Source: a virus (lineage: Duplodnaviria; Caudoviricetes). Taken from it: a stretch of 64,000 bases of DNA. The notes beneath the pieces were generated by a model. That model was not told the origin of the DNA and did no database searches. It was given only the letters and a program-made list of their open reading frames with translations. Shown in pieces: positions 50,607 through 60,384 of this stretch. Within the stretch, counting starts at the first letter, position 1; each line of letters begins with the position of its first letter. A program made the position numbers and the translations under genes. Where the stretch lies: the IMG/VR virus record IMGVR_UViG_3300043468_001158; one strand, given 5' to 3'.

Positions 50607-51338
50607 ATGTATTCGTTTTATCTAATTTATAGAACTATATGTATAGTGAATAATAAATTTTATATAGGAAAACATAAAACAAACAATCTTAACGATAATT
50701 ATTTAGGTAGTGGAAAACTTCTAAAAACCGCTATTGCCAAATATGGCAGAAATAATTTTGTTAGAGAAATATTACATTTTTGTTCCTCAGAAGAAGAAAT
50801 GAACGAGTTAGAGACAAAAATTGTAAATGCCGAAATGATTATGCGAGAAGATACTTATAATATTGCTATTGGCGGACAAGGAGGGTTAGGTGTAGCTCAA
50901 TGTATTTCTGACGAAAAACGAAAAGAAATGACTGATAGAATGGCACAAACCAAATCGGGAAGGACAAAAGAAGATTTTGAGTATCTACAGCGAATTAGTA
51001 ATAAACTGCTTGGTAAAAATAAATTTAATACAGAACATCATAGAAAAAATTCAGAAAGAATGTCTAAAGAAAATAAAGAAAACTCTGAAAGATGTAGAAC
51101 ACATTCTGAATTTATGAAAATAAAAATGAAAGGAGCAAATAATCATAATGCAAAAAATTGGATATTAGAAAATCCAATCGGAGAAGTGATTGAGACCGGA
51201 GACATAACGCTCTTTTGTCAAGAACTTGATTTAGCATATTCAATTTTTAGATATAAAGCTCAAGTTCAAAACACTCTTCCTGTAACTAGGGGTAAAAGTA
51301 AAGGATGGAAAGTCATTTCATCATATTCAAAAACGTAA
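50607..51338 (+). mobile_element. Free-standing GIY-YIG homing endonuclease (Seg-like)
   Basis: LIYRTICIVNNKFYIGKH...YLGSG...AIAKYGRNNFVREIL...E catalytic module followed by a basic helical DNA-binding region. Confidence 0.9.
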
Positions 51339-51359
51339 TAAAACTTAGGAGATACACAT

Positions 51360-51539
51360 ATGTCAGAAACGAAAGATTCAATAAGAAACTTCATTCAAAG
51401 CTTAATTAAAGATAATACAACTCAAGCAGAAATGGATTTACATCCAGTTTTTACCACTAAAATGAAAGAGATAGCCGGCATTCAATCAAAACCTTCAGGC
51501 GAAGATTCTATTTCTTCTGAAGAAGATAATGACGAGTAA
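51360..51539 (+). CDS. Prohead core protein, gp67-like (59 aa, not in ORF track)
   Basis: Manual translation MSETKDSIRNFIQSLIKDNTTQAEMDLHPVFTTKMKEIAGIQSKPSGEDSISSEEDNDE; AGGAG RBS; acidic tail; next to the scaffold gene. Confidence 0.7.
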   Translation: MSETKDSIRNFIQSLIKDNTTQAEMDLHPVFTTKMKEIAGIQSKPSGEDSISSEEDNDE

Positions 51540-51562
51540 AAATCAAATTTATAGGTAACTAC

Positions 51563-51570
51563 TATAAATA
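51563..51570 (+). promoter_or_regulatory. T4-type late promoter TATAAATA
   Basis: Exact match upstream of the scaffold and capsid genes. Confidence 0.8.
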
Positions 51571-51626
51571 AAGTTAGCACCCTTGAATTAGGGTTTTAGA
51601 TAATCAATATATCTTTGGAGGTAAAT

Positions 51627-52547
51627 ATGGATGAAATTTTACAAAAGTTGTTAGAAACAGACCTACTTAGCGAAGACACAAAAACCGAAATCTCAGAAGC
51701 ATGGGCTGAAGCTGTTGAAGCTAAGCGTGCAGAAATTAGAGAAGAAGTATCTTTGGAAGTTCGCGCAGAGTTAGCTGAACAATTTGTTGTTGCTCGTGAA
51801 GCATTAGTCGATAAGGTTGATGCATTTGTTACTGAACAACTAAAACAATCATACATCGAATTGAAAAGCGATATCGAACGTTTTCGCGATTTGGAAGCTG
51901 AGTTCGCTGGTAAACTAGTTGAAGAAAAGAAAAGATTAGCAGAAGAAGTTGAGTCTGAAATCGAGTCTTTAGTTGATAAATTGGATTCTTTCTTGGAAGT
52001 TAGACTTTCAGAAGAATTTGAAGAAATGAAAGAAGATTTAGAAGTTGTAAAACAAAATGACTTCGGTAAACGTGTATTTGAAGCGTTCGTAACCGAATAT
52101 TCAAAATCATATGTTGATGAAACTTCTATTCAATCACAATTAAGTATTGCAGAAAGTAAATTGGCTGATGCTGAAAAACGTATGCAAGAAGTTGAAACTG
52201 AAAAAGCACAATTAGTTCGCGAAGCTAAAATGCAAGACGTGTTAAGACCACTTTCTGGTTCAAAACGTGAGCAAATGAGTTTTGTTTTACAAAACGTTGA
52301 AACTGAAAAATTAGAAGAAGCTTATGGTTACTTCATCGGTCGTATTTTGAAAGAAGAAGCTGCTGCACCTAAATCATCCGCTACTGTCGCAAAAGACAAA
52401 GTTATTTCTGAAGACAAAGCTTTAGAAGACGCAGTCGTTCTTGCAACTGGTGATGATGAAACTAAACAGCCAATCATTTCTGAACAACAACAAAAATCTA
52501 TTGCTGATTTAGCGTTCTTAAAAAGAATTGCCGGCATAACATCTTAA
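51627..52547 (+). CDS. gp22: Prohead scaffold protein, T4 gp22-like
   Basis: Acidic coiled coil with KVDAFVTE, KLDSFLE and RVFEAF; between protease and capsid genes; start MDEIL after GGAGG. Confidence 0.9.
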   Translation: MDEILQKLLETDLLSEDTKTEISEAWAEAVEAKRAEIREEVSLEVRAELAEQFVVAREALVDKVDAFVTEQLKQSYIELKSDIERFRDLEAEFAGKLVEEKKRLAEEVESEIESLVDKLDSFLEVRLSEEFEEMKEDLEVVKQNDFGKRVFEAFVTEYSKSYVDETSIQSQLSIAESKLADAEKRMQEVETEKAQLVREAKMQDVLRPLSGSKREQMSFVLQNVETEKLEEAYGYFIGRILKEEAAAPKSSATVAKDKVISEDKALEDAVVLATGDDETKQPIISEQQQKSIADLAFLKRIAGITS

Positions 52548-52585
52548 AAATAAAATCTTAATATATCTGAATAGGAGTTAACTAT

Positions 52586-53878
52586 ATGGAACTTTTTGAA
52601 AATTGGTCACAAACCAAAGAAGCTTTACTAACTGAATTACCTGCTCATAAAAAAGCCTACATGGGCCGTATTATGGAAAACACTAAACAACAGTTGATGG
52701 AAACTGCTGCTGCTGGTGTTAACGCTGCAGGCGCAATTGGTAATTTCCAAAAAATCATTATCCCAATGATTCGTCGTATTATCCCTGGCACTATCGCTAC
52801 TGAACTTGTTGGTATCCAACCAATGTCAGGTCCAGTATCTTTAGCGTACTCATTACGTTTCCTTTTCTCTCAAAATACTGATGTTCCAACTGTTAGTTAT
52901 GTTACTAATCCAGATGGAACTATTTCTGCTGTGAACTTAACACCAGGTGCTGGTCCTGAAGACATCATCGGTGCTGGTTTAGTTGACCCAGTAACTGGTA
53001 CTTATTTAGGTGCTACTGAAGTATTTGGTAACAACAGCAAAACTAAACGTTGGTATTCTGGTGCAATCAATGCTGGTGGTATGGCTCTTGGTACTGCAGC
53101 TCTTACAGCTGACTTCGAAGCGTACGGCGGACGTCAATTGCAATTAGAAGTATTGAAACAAACTGTTACTGCTGGCTCACGTAAATTACAAGCTAAATGG
53201 ACAGTTGAAGCGATGCAAGACCTTTCAGCACAACATGGTTTAGACCTTGAAGCTGAAATCACTGCAGCTCTTTCTGCTGAAATCGTTTCTGAAATCGACA
53301 ACGAAATCATCAATGACTTGATTGCTCTTGCTGGTACTGTTGAAACTTTCGACATGAATGGTACTTTCACTGGTGTTCCTAACTATGTTGGTGACCGTCA
53401 TGCAGTTCTTGGTACTTTAATCAATAAAGTTGCAAACGAGATTGCTCGCAAAACTCGTCGTAATGCAGCTAACTGGATTGTTGTATCTCCAATCGTTGCT
53501 TCAGTATTACAATCTGCTGCAAAATCAGTATTTGCTCCAGCAGTAAGCGGTTCATTCGAAGGTCCTAACAACACCAAATTGATTGGTACTTTAAACGGTT
53601 CTATCAAAGTTTACACTTACATCTATCATGACACTGGTTCTGAGCCAATCTTGGTTGGTTACAAAGGTGGAAACGGCGAAATGGATACCGGTTATTTCTA
53701 CTGCCCATACGTTCCACTTATGAGCTCAAACGTATTGTTTGACCCTGCAACTTACAACCCACAAGTAAGCTTGATGACAAGATATGGAAAAGCTACATTT
53801 ACCGATACTGCTACTTCGTTGGGCAATAGTGCCGATTACTATGGTCGTGTGAATGTTGCAAATCTTTCATTCATCTAA
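52586..53878 (+). CDS. gp23: Major capsid protein, T4 gp23-like
   Basis: GIQPMSGP, VTAGSRKLQAKWTVEAMQDL..QHGLD.EAE, EIDNEII, YCPYVP and LMTRYG motifs. Confidence 0.97.
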   Translation: MELFENWSQTKEALLTELPAHKKAYMGRIMENTKQQLMETAAAGVNAAGAIGNFQKIIIPMIRRIIPGTIATELVGIQPMSGPVSLAYSLRFLFSQNTDVPTVSYVTNPDGTISAVNLTPGAGPEDIIGAGLVDPVTGTYLGATEVFGNNSKTKRWYSGAINAGGMALGTAALTADFEAYGGRQLQLEVLKQTVTAGSRKLQAKWTVEAMQDLSAQHGLDLEAEITAALSAEIVSEIDNEIINDLIALAGTVETFDMNGTFTGVPNYVGDRHAVLGTLINKVANEIARKTRRNAANWIVVSPIVASVLQSAAKSVFAPAVSGSFEGPNNTKLIGTLNGSIKVYTYIYHDTGSEPILVGYKGGNGEMDTGYFYCPYVPLMSSNVLFDPATYNPQVSLMTRYGKATFTDTATSLGNSADYYGRVNVANLSFI

Positions 53879-53901
53879 TAGAAATTAGAAATACGAAAGT
53901 A

Positions 53902-53929
53902 AAAAAACCCGCTTCATGGCGGGTTTTTT
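53902..53929. terminator. Bidirectional Rho-independent terminator
   Basis: AAAAAACCCGC-ttcatg-GCGGGTTTTTT between the convergent capsid and endonuclease genes. Confidence 0.85.
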
Positions 53930-53933
53930 GTTA

Positions 53934-55481
53934 TTACCCATCTGACAGTTCTAATTGATATTTTAGTTGTCCTGCATCCGAAATAGAATACCATCCTAGT
54001 GAGTCCCAATAATCTTTAGTGATAATATCATGTCCTAAATGAGCAGGTCTTCTAAATCCCCATCGATGTTTTCTTTCAGTAAAGTTAGTAAAGAATACGC
54101 CAATCTTAGTTTCACCTACTAATGAAAAGCCCAAGGTTTGATATACATTTTTATTATAATCAGTCCATCGCAAATCTGCCCAAGAAATAATTTTCTTTGT
54201 TGGATTATTTTTTATAAAACATGATAATAATTTCCCTGCACCACCAATAATCTGATAATCACTATGAGTTGCATAACGTAATAACTCCCACGTATTACCA
54301 TCATCAATTTGGTTCATCATTATTCGAGGTCTGCAAAATGTCATTACTGCTACTAAATCAATACCAGTGAATAATCCAATTTGCACTTTAGATTTTGCTG
54401 AACCTTGAATATGATATTGATTTAGAAATAACGTAGCTTCATTTGATGAAATAATTTTAGCTTGTAATTTACGTGCAAAAAGTTTCGTTGAAACATTACA
54501 ACCAATAATGTTGATGATTTTATTTTTTACTAAATCTTTTTTTGACAACCATTCATCTTCAAAAATTTGAACTAATCTAATTCCACGTTCTTTACATAAT
54601 TCATATTTTTTCCGATGCTTATACCTATCATAACCAGCTTTACTTGAATGCCAATATAAGCCATGATATTCGATAGCAATGTTTTTGCTTGGAATATAAA
54701 TGTCAAGTTCTAAGTTATTCGGAAGAATACTTTTATTATGTCTAACAATTTCAACATATTGAGACACAAAGTCAGCCAATTCTACTTCAGCTTTACTTTC
54801 TCCTTTTAGAGGAGGGAAGCAAGTATGACATAAAGTATTAGCAAATTGATGCTTTTTCAAAGTAACTAATGCAACATTCGAAACGTTATTACATGTACTG
54901 CATTTGATACTAAATCTAAAATTGCCTGATATGAAATGTTCACTATTTTCTAAAACTTCACCCCATTCAATTTGAAGATTAGTTTCTAGTTTTTTAGCGG
55001 TTTCTTCTTTCCTTCGCTTAGCAATTTTTTCTAGGTGAGGTATTTGAAACTCCATTCTTTCATCAGAAAGTGGAGGTTTTGGATTGTTATGATAATATTC
55101 ATTTAGCGCAATACTCAGTTTTTCACGATATTCATCTGAACGTTCATGAGTTCTACCAGTATTGAAATGCTCTCCATTTTCTGCAGCTTCTTTAGATCGT
55201 TGTCCAATACCATTCTTTTGTTTATCAGAAACCCTACCTTCTTGCCAAAGTTTTTTTGTAGTTTCAACAAGTTTAGCTTTAGTTTTAGTTTCTTCTGAAT
55301 GACCTTTACCTTTTAGGGGATGATTGTCACCAGACTTTTTTGCTTTTAGCTCTGGTGAATATCCAAATGGAGCATCATTTCCAAACTGTTCAAAGTATTC
55401 TTCTTTAGAAAAACCATGAGCTTTTAGATGTTGCTTATCAATTTTAGATAGCTTTCGGTTACATATTGGACATTCAATCAT
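53934..55481 (-). mobile_element. Hef-like homing endonuclease (Zn-finger, Vsr/DUF559-type nuclease, C-terminal GNAT-like part)
   Basis: CPICN...HLKAH; CSTC and CHTC; ELDIYIPSKNIAIEYHGLYWHS; QIFEDEW; LFARK...ELLRYA...GGAGKL...SWADLRW. Confidence 0.8.
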
Positions 55482-55816
55482 AAAATCTGCTTTACTTTTA
55501 CCGGTCGTACTTTCTTCAAATACTCTGCATAACGTTTTTCACTTTCTTCTTCGATTGCTAATTGTCTTTGGTTATACTCTTCAACTTTTTCATATGAAGT
55601 CAAAGTCTTTGCAAACACAATAGCTTCTTGATAGGTTCCTAACCATCGAGTCCAACAAAGTCCAGCATATGATACATCACCTTTAAGGTAATGATATTGT
55701 TCAATTGTAACCCAAGTCTTGAATAAACCAAAAAACCAGTATTCAGTGTATTCGATTTGATAATATTTGCTTGCCAAGCCAAGGGATTTGATGCGAACTT
55801 CAAATGGTCTTTTCAT
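55478..55816 (-). CDS. Hypothetical protein
   Basis: ORF coupled to neighbours by overlapping start/stop. Confidence 0.6.
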   Translation of the reverse strand: MKRPFEVRIKSLGLASKYYQIEYTEYWFFGLFKTWVTIEQYHYLKGDVSYAGLCWTRWLGTYQEAIVFAKTLTSYEKVEEYNQRQLAIEEESEKRYAEYLKKVRPVKVKQIL

Positions 55817-56082
55817 TTCACTAATGGCTCTTTTGAGTAAATCGATTCAAAGTATTTGTTGGTAAAGTACTTGTAAGCTTCATGGGAAATGTTTCGCATT
55901 GTCATAATAACACCGCCAGAATAATCGATGTTTGCTTCCCATTCTTGGGCTTTTTCTCGTAACAGACAATCACCAATTATACTACTTTTGTTGAATCGTT
56001 GGTCATCAGCAACAATTTCTTTCCAATCATCTTCTGTAAAGGATTCCAAAAATTTGGTCCAGGTCATCGGTTTGGTTGTCAT
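55813..56082 (-). CDS. Hypothetical protein
   Basis: ORF with GGGAG RBS. Confidence 0.65.
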   Translation of the reverse strand: MTTKPMTWTKFLESFTEDDWKEIVADDQRFNKSSIIGDCLLREKAQEWEANIDYSGGVIMTMRNISHEAYKYFTNKYFESIYSKEPLVK

Positions 56083-56158
56083 CGTAGTTCTCCCCTCTTT
56101 AGAATATGTAGCTATTATAAAAGGAATAAAGTCAGATGTAAACGGTTAAAAGTGATAA

Positions 56159-56923
56159 CTAGTTATCAAAATCGACAATATGTTGATGGAGCTTCTTGAG
56201 GAACCGCTTCCAAATGCGTTGGTCAAGTCGTTCTTCTGAAGTGCCAAAGTGTGTCCAATACTTGGTGATAGATGTGCCAATGGTGTCTTGTTTGGAAGTC
56301 TCGTTCTTTAGGTTATCTATAGAGTGCAAAATTTTGTTCTTGTCATTGTCAAATCTATTCATTAGCATCTCTGCTGTATTGACAGCAAGTGCTTCAATTT
56401 CTGATGGGTTGCTAAGGTAAGGCTTTATCATCACTTCCCCTTGGTCATCATGATAGTTAGAACGTTTGATGCTCTTTTCTGTAGGAGTTCTTTGGTTTTG
56501 AACTGCATGGGTTAGTTCATGCAGTAGGATAGCAATGGCAAGAGAAATGAACTTGTCTCGCTTAGCATCTCCAAAGTAGGTTGCTTTATTGACCAAATCG
56601 AATGGTATGTAAAACTCTAACCCACCATACCCGGCTGCGAAAGAACCAATACGTGCATGTCCGCTGTCGAAGTAAGCTTCTTTAGCCCCTTGGATGACAA
56701 CAGTCTTTACACCAAACTCTTTTAGCTCTTGTGCAATTTTAAGTTCAAGCTTTTTGATGGCTTGGATGCTTTCACTTATTTGTTCTAATGGTTTATAATG
56801 TTCATCAAAGATTTCAAGCTTACCGGAAAGCTTTTCAAGCTCTAAGCGGATGATTTTGTTCAACTTTGCTCGTATATCGGTAAGATTGATTTTTTCAGTT
56901 AGGAAGAGTTCGCGTACTTTCAT
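56159..56923 (-). CDS. Putative HEXXH zinc metallopeptidase with capsid-targeting-like N-terminus
   Basis: ILLHELTHAVQ and YLSNPSEIEA; starts MKVRELFLTE; TGTAAATA upstream at 56962-56969. Confidence 0.65.
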   Translation of the reverse strand: MKVRELFLTEKINLTDIRAKLNKIIRLELEKLSGKLEIFDEHYKPLEQISESIQAIKKLELKIAQELKEFGVKTVVIQGAKEAYFDSGHARIGSFAAGYGGLEFYIPFDLVNKATYFGDAKRDKFISLAIAILLHELTHAVQNQRTPTEKSIKRSNYHDDQGEVMIKPYLSNPSEIEALAVNTAEMLMNRFDNDKNKILHSIDNLKNETSKQDTIGTSITKYWTHFGTSEERLDQRIWKRFLKKLHQHIVDFDN

Positions 56924-56961
56924 TGTATGTCCAAAATTGTGAAGTAGTTATCATTATTGTC

Positions 56962-56992
56962 TATTTACATTTGCAACACTTCTGTATACAAT
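56962..56992. promoter_or_regulatory. Overlapping divergent promoters: early sigma70-type (+) and late-type (-)
   Basis: TTTACA-17 nt-TACAAT on + (56964-56992); the same bases read TGTAAATA on - (56962-56969). Confidence 0.6.
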
Positions 56993-57023
56993 GGTTCCAT
57001 CAACTAAAGAGAGGAACCTAAAG

Positions 57024-57209
57024 ATGTATAGCTTAACATGTTTGAAAGATGCATTCCAATCTAATCCCAGTAACTTCAAAGTATTCAGTTTCAATGGTAT
57101 GTTCATGACAACCATTCATGGCGAATGGGGAATGGCTGGAAACGAATACTACTTGAACCGTCAAATGATTTCTCGTAAAGAAATCAAAGCAATGTTGGCA
57201 GGAGCATAA
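57024..57209 (+). CDS. Small hypothetical early protein
   Basis: GAGGA RBS supports start MYSLT at 57024. Confidence 0.55.
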   Translation: MYSLTCLKDAFQSNPSNFKVFSFNGMFMTTIHGEWGMAGNEYYLNRQMISRKEIKAMLAGA

Positions 57210-57466
57210 TGAACTTATATTCAGACCTTATAGATAAAGCAAAATACAACGTAAGATCATATGGGCATGGTGCATTTGGCGAACCTGAAGCTTATACTGA
57301 TACATATGTCAATTCAGATAAGTTGATTGAATTGACATATCAAGAGGTATTAGATATCCTTAATGAGCAAATAGCTCAAATACCTTTAGATGAAATCACT
57401 AGTGTTCGTCGAGGAGTTTTGCACTCTATTAGAGGAGAAATCCTTGAACGGTTGGAGTTGAAATGA
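57209..57466 (+). CDS. Hypothetical protein
   Basis: TAATG coupling and AGGAG RBS. Confidence 0.65.
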   Translation: MNLYSDLIDKAKYNVRSYGHGAFGEPEAYTDTYVNSDKLIELTYQEVLDILNEQIAQIPLDEITSVRRGVLHSIRGEILERLELK

Positions 57467-57702
57467 GCGTTTTAGCATATCAAAAAACAGAAAAAGAATC
57501 TCGTTTCGGATTTGATGCATTCGATGATGGGCGTGAAACTAATCACAAAATTGTCGCTCAAGATATGTCATTCATTGAAGTGTTTGACGAGCTTAATAGA
57601 CAACTTGACGAGCTCAAAGAATGTACGTCAAGAGATGCGTTGAAGGCCAAACAAATCTTATTACATGCTAAAGCTAACCTAATCAAAAACTTCAAACAGT
57701 AA
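57463..57702 (+). CDS. Hypothetical protein
   Basis: ATGA overlap and GGAG RBS. Confidence 0.6.
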   Translation: MSVLAYQKTEKESRFGFDAFDDGRETNHKIVAQDMSFIEVFDELNRQLDELKECTSRDALKAKQILLHAKANLIKNFKQ

Positions 57703-57846
57703 TGTGGTATCTTTATAGACGACATATGTATTCGACTTCTATGTCGTCTGAATTGATTGGCAAGTATCGCTACAAGTGGGTAGCATTTCTTATTGCTTTT
57801 AGACGCATATCCAAATTTCATACGCTTACACTACGGTACCAAGACG

Positions 57847-58050
57847 ATGACTACTCCTTCTGATATTGATGAAAATCGAAAAGCTCTTTTTGGCTGGATG
57901 ATATTGAACAAGCTTGGTAATGATGCTGTTCATCACGTGGAACGGGAACCATCAAAACTTCCCTTATGGAAAGAACGTGGTTATCAGTGTATCCCGGTCT
58001 ATGTTACTCTCAAAGATGCTTTTGCAGTAGGTATGACTTACAAGATTTGA
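57847..58050 (+). CDS. Hypothetical protein (start uncertain)
   Basis: ORF; probable start MTTPSD (track start 57793). Confidence 0.45.
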   Translation: MTTPSDIDENRKALFGWMILNKLGNDAVHHVEREPSKLPLWKERGYQCIPVYVTLKDAFAVGMTYKI

Positions 58051-58073
58051 TAACTGGTTATCACAAATAGCCA

Positions 58074-58103
58074 TTTACACTTTTACATTTTGTATAGTAT
58101 AAT
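58074..58103 (+). promoter_or_regulatory. Sigma70-type early promoter
   Basis: TTTACA-18 nt-TATAAT. Confidence 0.6.
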
Positions 58104-58139
58104 AGACACATATTCAAACAGTATAGAGAGTAAGTCATC

Positions 58140-58487
58140 ATGATGAAAATTGTATATGATCCCAAAGAAGGTCAAGTTGTTAGTGATGCAAACATTGAAG
58201 ATTTCTACAAAATGTATTGTCGGTATCTTAAGCATAACCTGAAAATTGGGAAGACAATGAGAGTTCGAGTTGGTTCTGAACTTATTGTTCAACGCTTTCG
58301 TTTGGGTGTTGCTGAAGGTGATATCCCTGCATCTCAAATCGAGTTCTGGTTTGAAGGTAAGCAACTTGAAATGACTACATTCGGTAGCTACAACGGAATG
58401 CCTCCTAAAGGTTTCTGTGACTACTTGCAAACATACATTATGAGAATGTCCAAAAAACGTAGAGCAAATTTAACGGTAGTTGAATGA
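58140..58487 (+). CDS. Hypothetical protein
   Basis: ORF downstream of the promoter. Confidence 0.65.
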   Translation: MMKIVYDPKEGQVVSDANIEDFYKMYCRYLKHNLKIGKTMRVRVGSELIVQRFRLGVAEGDIPASQIEFWFEGKQLEMTTFGSYNGMPPKGFCDYLQTYIMRMSKKRRANLTVVE

Positions 58488-58765
58488 ACATTACATACCA
58501 CGATTTTGGATTCTTTGCTCCAATCACCCTTATTGCTGGTTGCATAATGTTGATATACATCTATCGTTATGCGCGAAAAGAATATTGTCGAAAGCGTCAA
58601 ATGACATTAATGGACATTTTTGGACTTACTTCATGGTGCATCTTATCATTTTGCCCAATTCTTGGATTTTGTATTTGTATTGTAGCATCAATCAATTTGG
58701 GCATTGATAAACTAATCAATCTTTTTTCTAAACTTGAAGACATTGTTATTTTTCGGAAGAAGTAA
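58484..58765 (+). CDS. Small membrane protein
   Basis: Two hydrophobic segments (FFAPITLIAGCIMLIYIY; ILSFCPILGFCICIVASI). Confidence 0.6.
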   Translation: MNITYHDFGFFAPITLIAGCIMLIYIYRYARKEYCRKRQMTLMDIFGLTSWCILSFCPILGFCICIVASINLGIDKLINLFSKLEDIVIFRKK

Positions 58766-58767
58766 GT

Positions 58768-58941
58768 ATGGCAAAACTTGACCCTAACAATTGTTGCATA
58801 ATGTTTGATGAATGCTTATTCTGGGCTTTAGTCCATGACATTATTGCACACCCGTTAATTGCACTAACATTGTATCAGTGGCAGCCAGCAATTGACTTCC
58901 ATAACTGGACATCGCAAAAAGCATGGAAACGAAAGCTATAA
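58768..58941 (+). CDS. Small hypothetical protein (57 aa, not in ORF track)
   Basis: Manual translation MAKLDPNNCCIMFDECLFWALVHDIIAHPLIALTLYQWQPAIDFHNWTSQKAWKRKL. Confidence 0.5.
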   Translation: MAKLDPNNCCIMFDECLFWALVHDIIAHPLIALTLYQWQPAIDFHNWTSQKAWKRKL

Positions 58942-58944
58942 ATA
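58937..58944 (+). promoter_or_regulatory. T4-type late promoter TATAAATA
   Basis: Exact match 80 nt upstream of the vWA gene. Confidence 0.6.
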
Positions 58945-59023
58945 GATATACGAGCTTATACTATTCGGTTCGTATACTTTATTGATTTTTACTTTTTACA
59001 CACATTTTAGAGGTTTATACTTT

Positions 59024-60115
59024 ATGGATACTTTAGCACAACAATACAAAACTCACGTCCTTATCTCCTTAGACCATTCTGCGTCTATGCGTGGTATTGC
59101 CAAACAAGCAGCTCGCGATTACAATTCCCAAATTGCAACAATCAAACAAAATGCAATTGACCTATCGCAAAACGTAGTCGTATCATTAGTCAATTGTGGT
59201 TATGGTCGAACTCGTGAAGTTCGAACTGAATTCGTCAATGCATCAATCACTGGCCTTGCTTCCATTCCTGAACACAGTTATGAAACTGATGGTAGTGGTA
59301 CTCCGCTTTACGACAGCGTCGGCGAGCTTATTGACATTGCAAAAAAATCTCCAGACTTTGCCGACCCAAACACTTCATTCTTGGTGTTGGTTGTAACTGA
59401 TGGTGAAGAAAACAGCTCTTATAACTGGAGAGCAACAACATTAGCGGCTGAAATCAAAGCACTTCAAAGCACTGACCGTTGGACCTTTGCTTTTAGAACT
59501 CCAAAAGGCTATGCACGTCAATTAGTCCGTGACCTTGGCTTATACGATGGCAATGTTCAAGAATGGGAAACTACTGCTCGTGGTATGGAACAATCAACAA
59601 CCATTACGACTACTTCATTAGGTTCTTACTTTACTGCTCGTAGCGAAGGTAAGACTGCAACTCGTTCGTTTTACGCAGACTTGCATAATGTATCACTTGA
59701 CGAAGTCAAAGCTCAATTGGTCGATATCTCATCTCAAGTCACTTCATGGTTGGTCCAAACTGAAGCTGAAGGTTCAAACATTCGTGAGTTCGTTGAACAT
59801 AAGCTTGGCGACAAAATGTTGAAAGGTGGAGCATTCTACAAACTTGTTGGCGGCAAAAAGACTGCAGACAAAGTACAACAAACCAAGCTGATTATGATTC
59901 GAGACAAAAATACGAAAGTCATCTATTCTGGTCAAGCTGCTCGCGATATGTTGGGATTGCCAAAGTATGGTGATGCGAAACTTAGACCTGGCGATTTGGG
60001 CAAGTGGGAAGTATTCGTTCAATCTACATCAGTGAATCGCAAACTGCCTGTCGGAACTGAAGTTCTTTACTGGCCTCAAGTTGGTGTTCACTTCAAAGAA
60101 GGGATTAGCGCATAA
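59024..60115 (+). CDS. von Willebrand factor A (vWA) domain protein
   Basis: MIDAS DHSAS, GTPLYDSV and LVVTDGEEN; start MDTL after AGAGG RBS. Confidence 0.85.
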   Translation: MDTLAQQYKTHVLISLDHSASMRGIAKQAARDYNSQIATIKQNAIDLSQNVVVSLVNCGYGRTREVRTEFVNASITGLASIPEHSYETDGSGTPLYDSVGELIDIAKKSPDFADPNTSFLVLVVTDGEENSSYNWRATTLAAEIKALQSTDRWTFAFRTPKGYARQLVRDLGLYDGNVQEWETTARGMEQSTTITTTSLGSYFTARSEGKTATRSFYADLHNVSLDEVKAQLVDISSQVTSWLVQTEAEGSNIREFVEHKLGDKMLKGGAFYKLVGGKKTADKVQQTKLIMIRDKNTKVIYSGQAARDMLGLPKYGDAKLRPGDLGKWEVFVQSTSVNRKLPVGTEVLYWPQVGVHFKEGISA

Positions 60116-60384
60116 TGAAACTTACAGCTCTTAACGACTTATGCGATGCTATTCTAAATCACGCAAGATCATTTGACCGGGACGCTAATATGTGTGCTAC
60201 AATGTATGCTCGGTCTGATAATCGTGATGATAAAGCATCATTCCAAATGTATGAGGCTAAAGCGGCAACAGTTCGTGAAGTTCATGTCTTAATGTGTCAG
60301 CACTTACATTATTTTGAATCGCTTTTGACTAAAGACGAAATTGCTCAATTGAACAAAATCGAAGAGGACAAAAAAGCAAAATGA
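60115..60384 (+). CDS. Hypothetical protein
   Basis: TAATG coupling. Confidence 0.6.
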   Translation: MKLTALNDLCDAILNHARSFDRDANMCATMYARSDNRDDKASFQMYEAKAATVREVHVLMCQHLHYFESLLTKDEIAQLNKIEEDKKAK

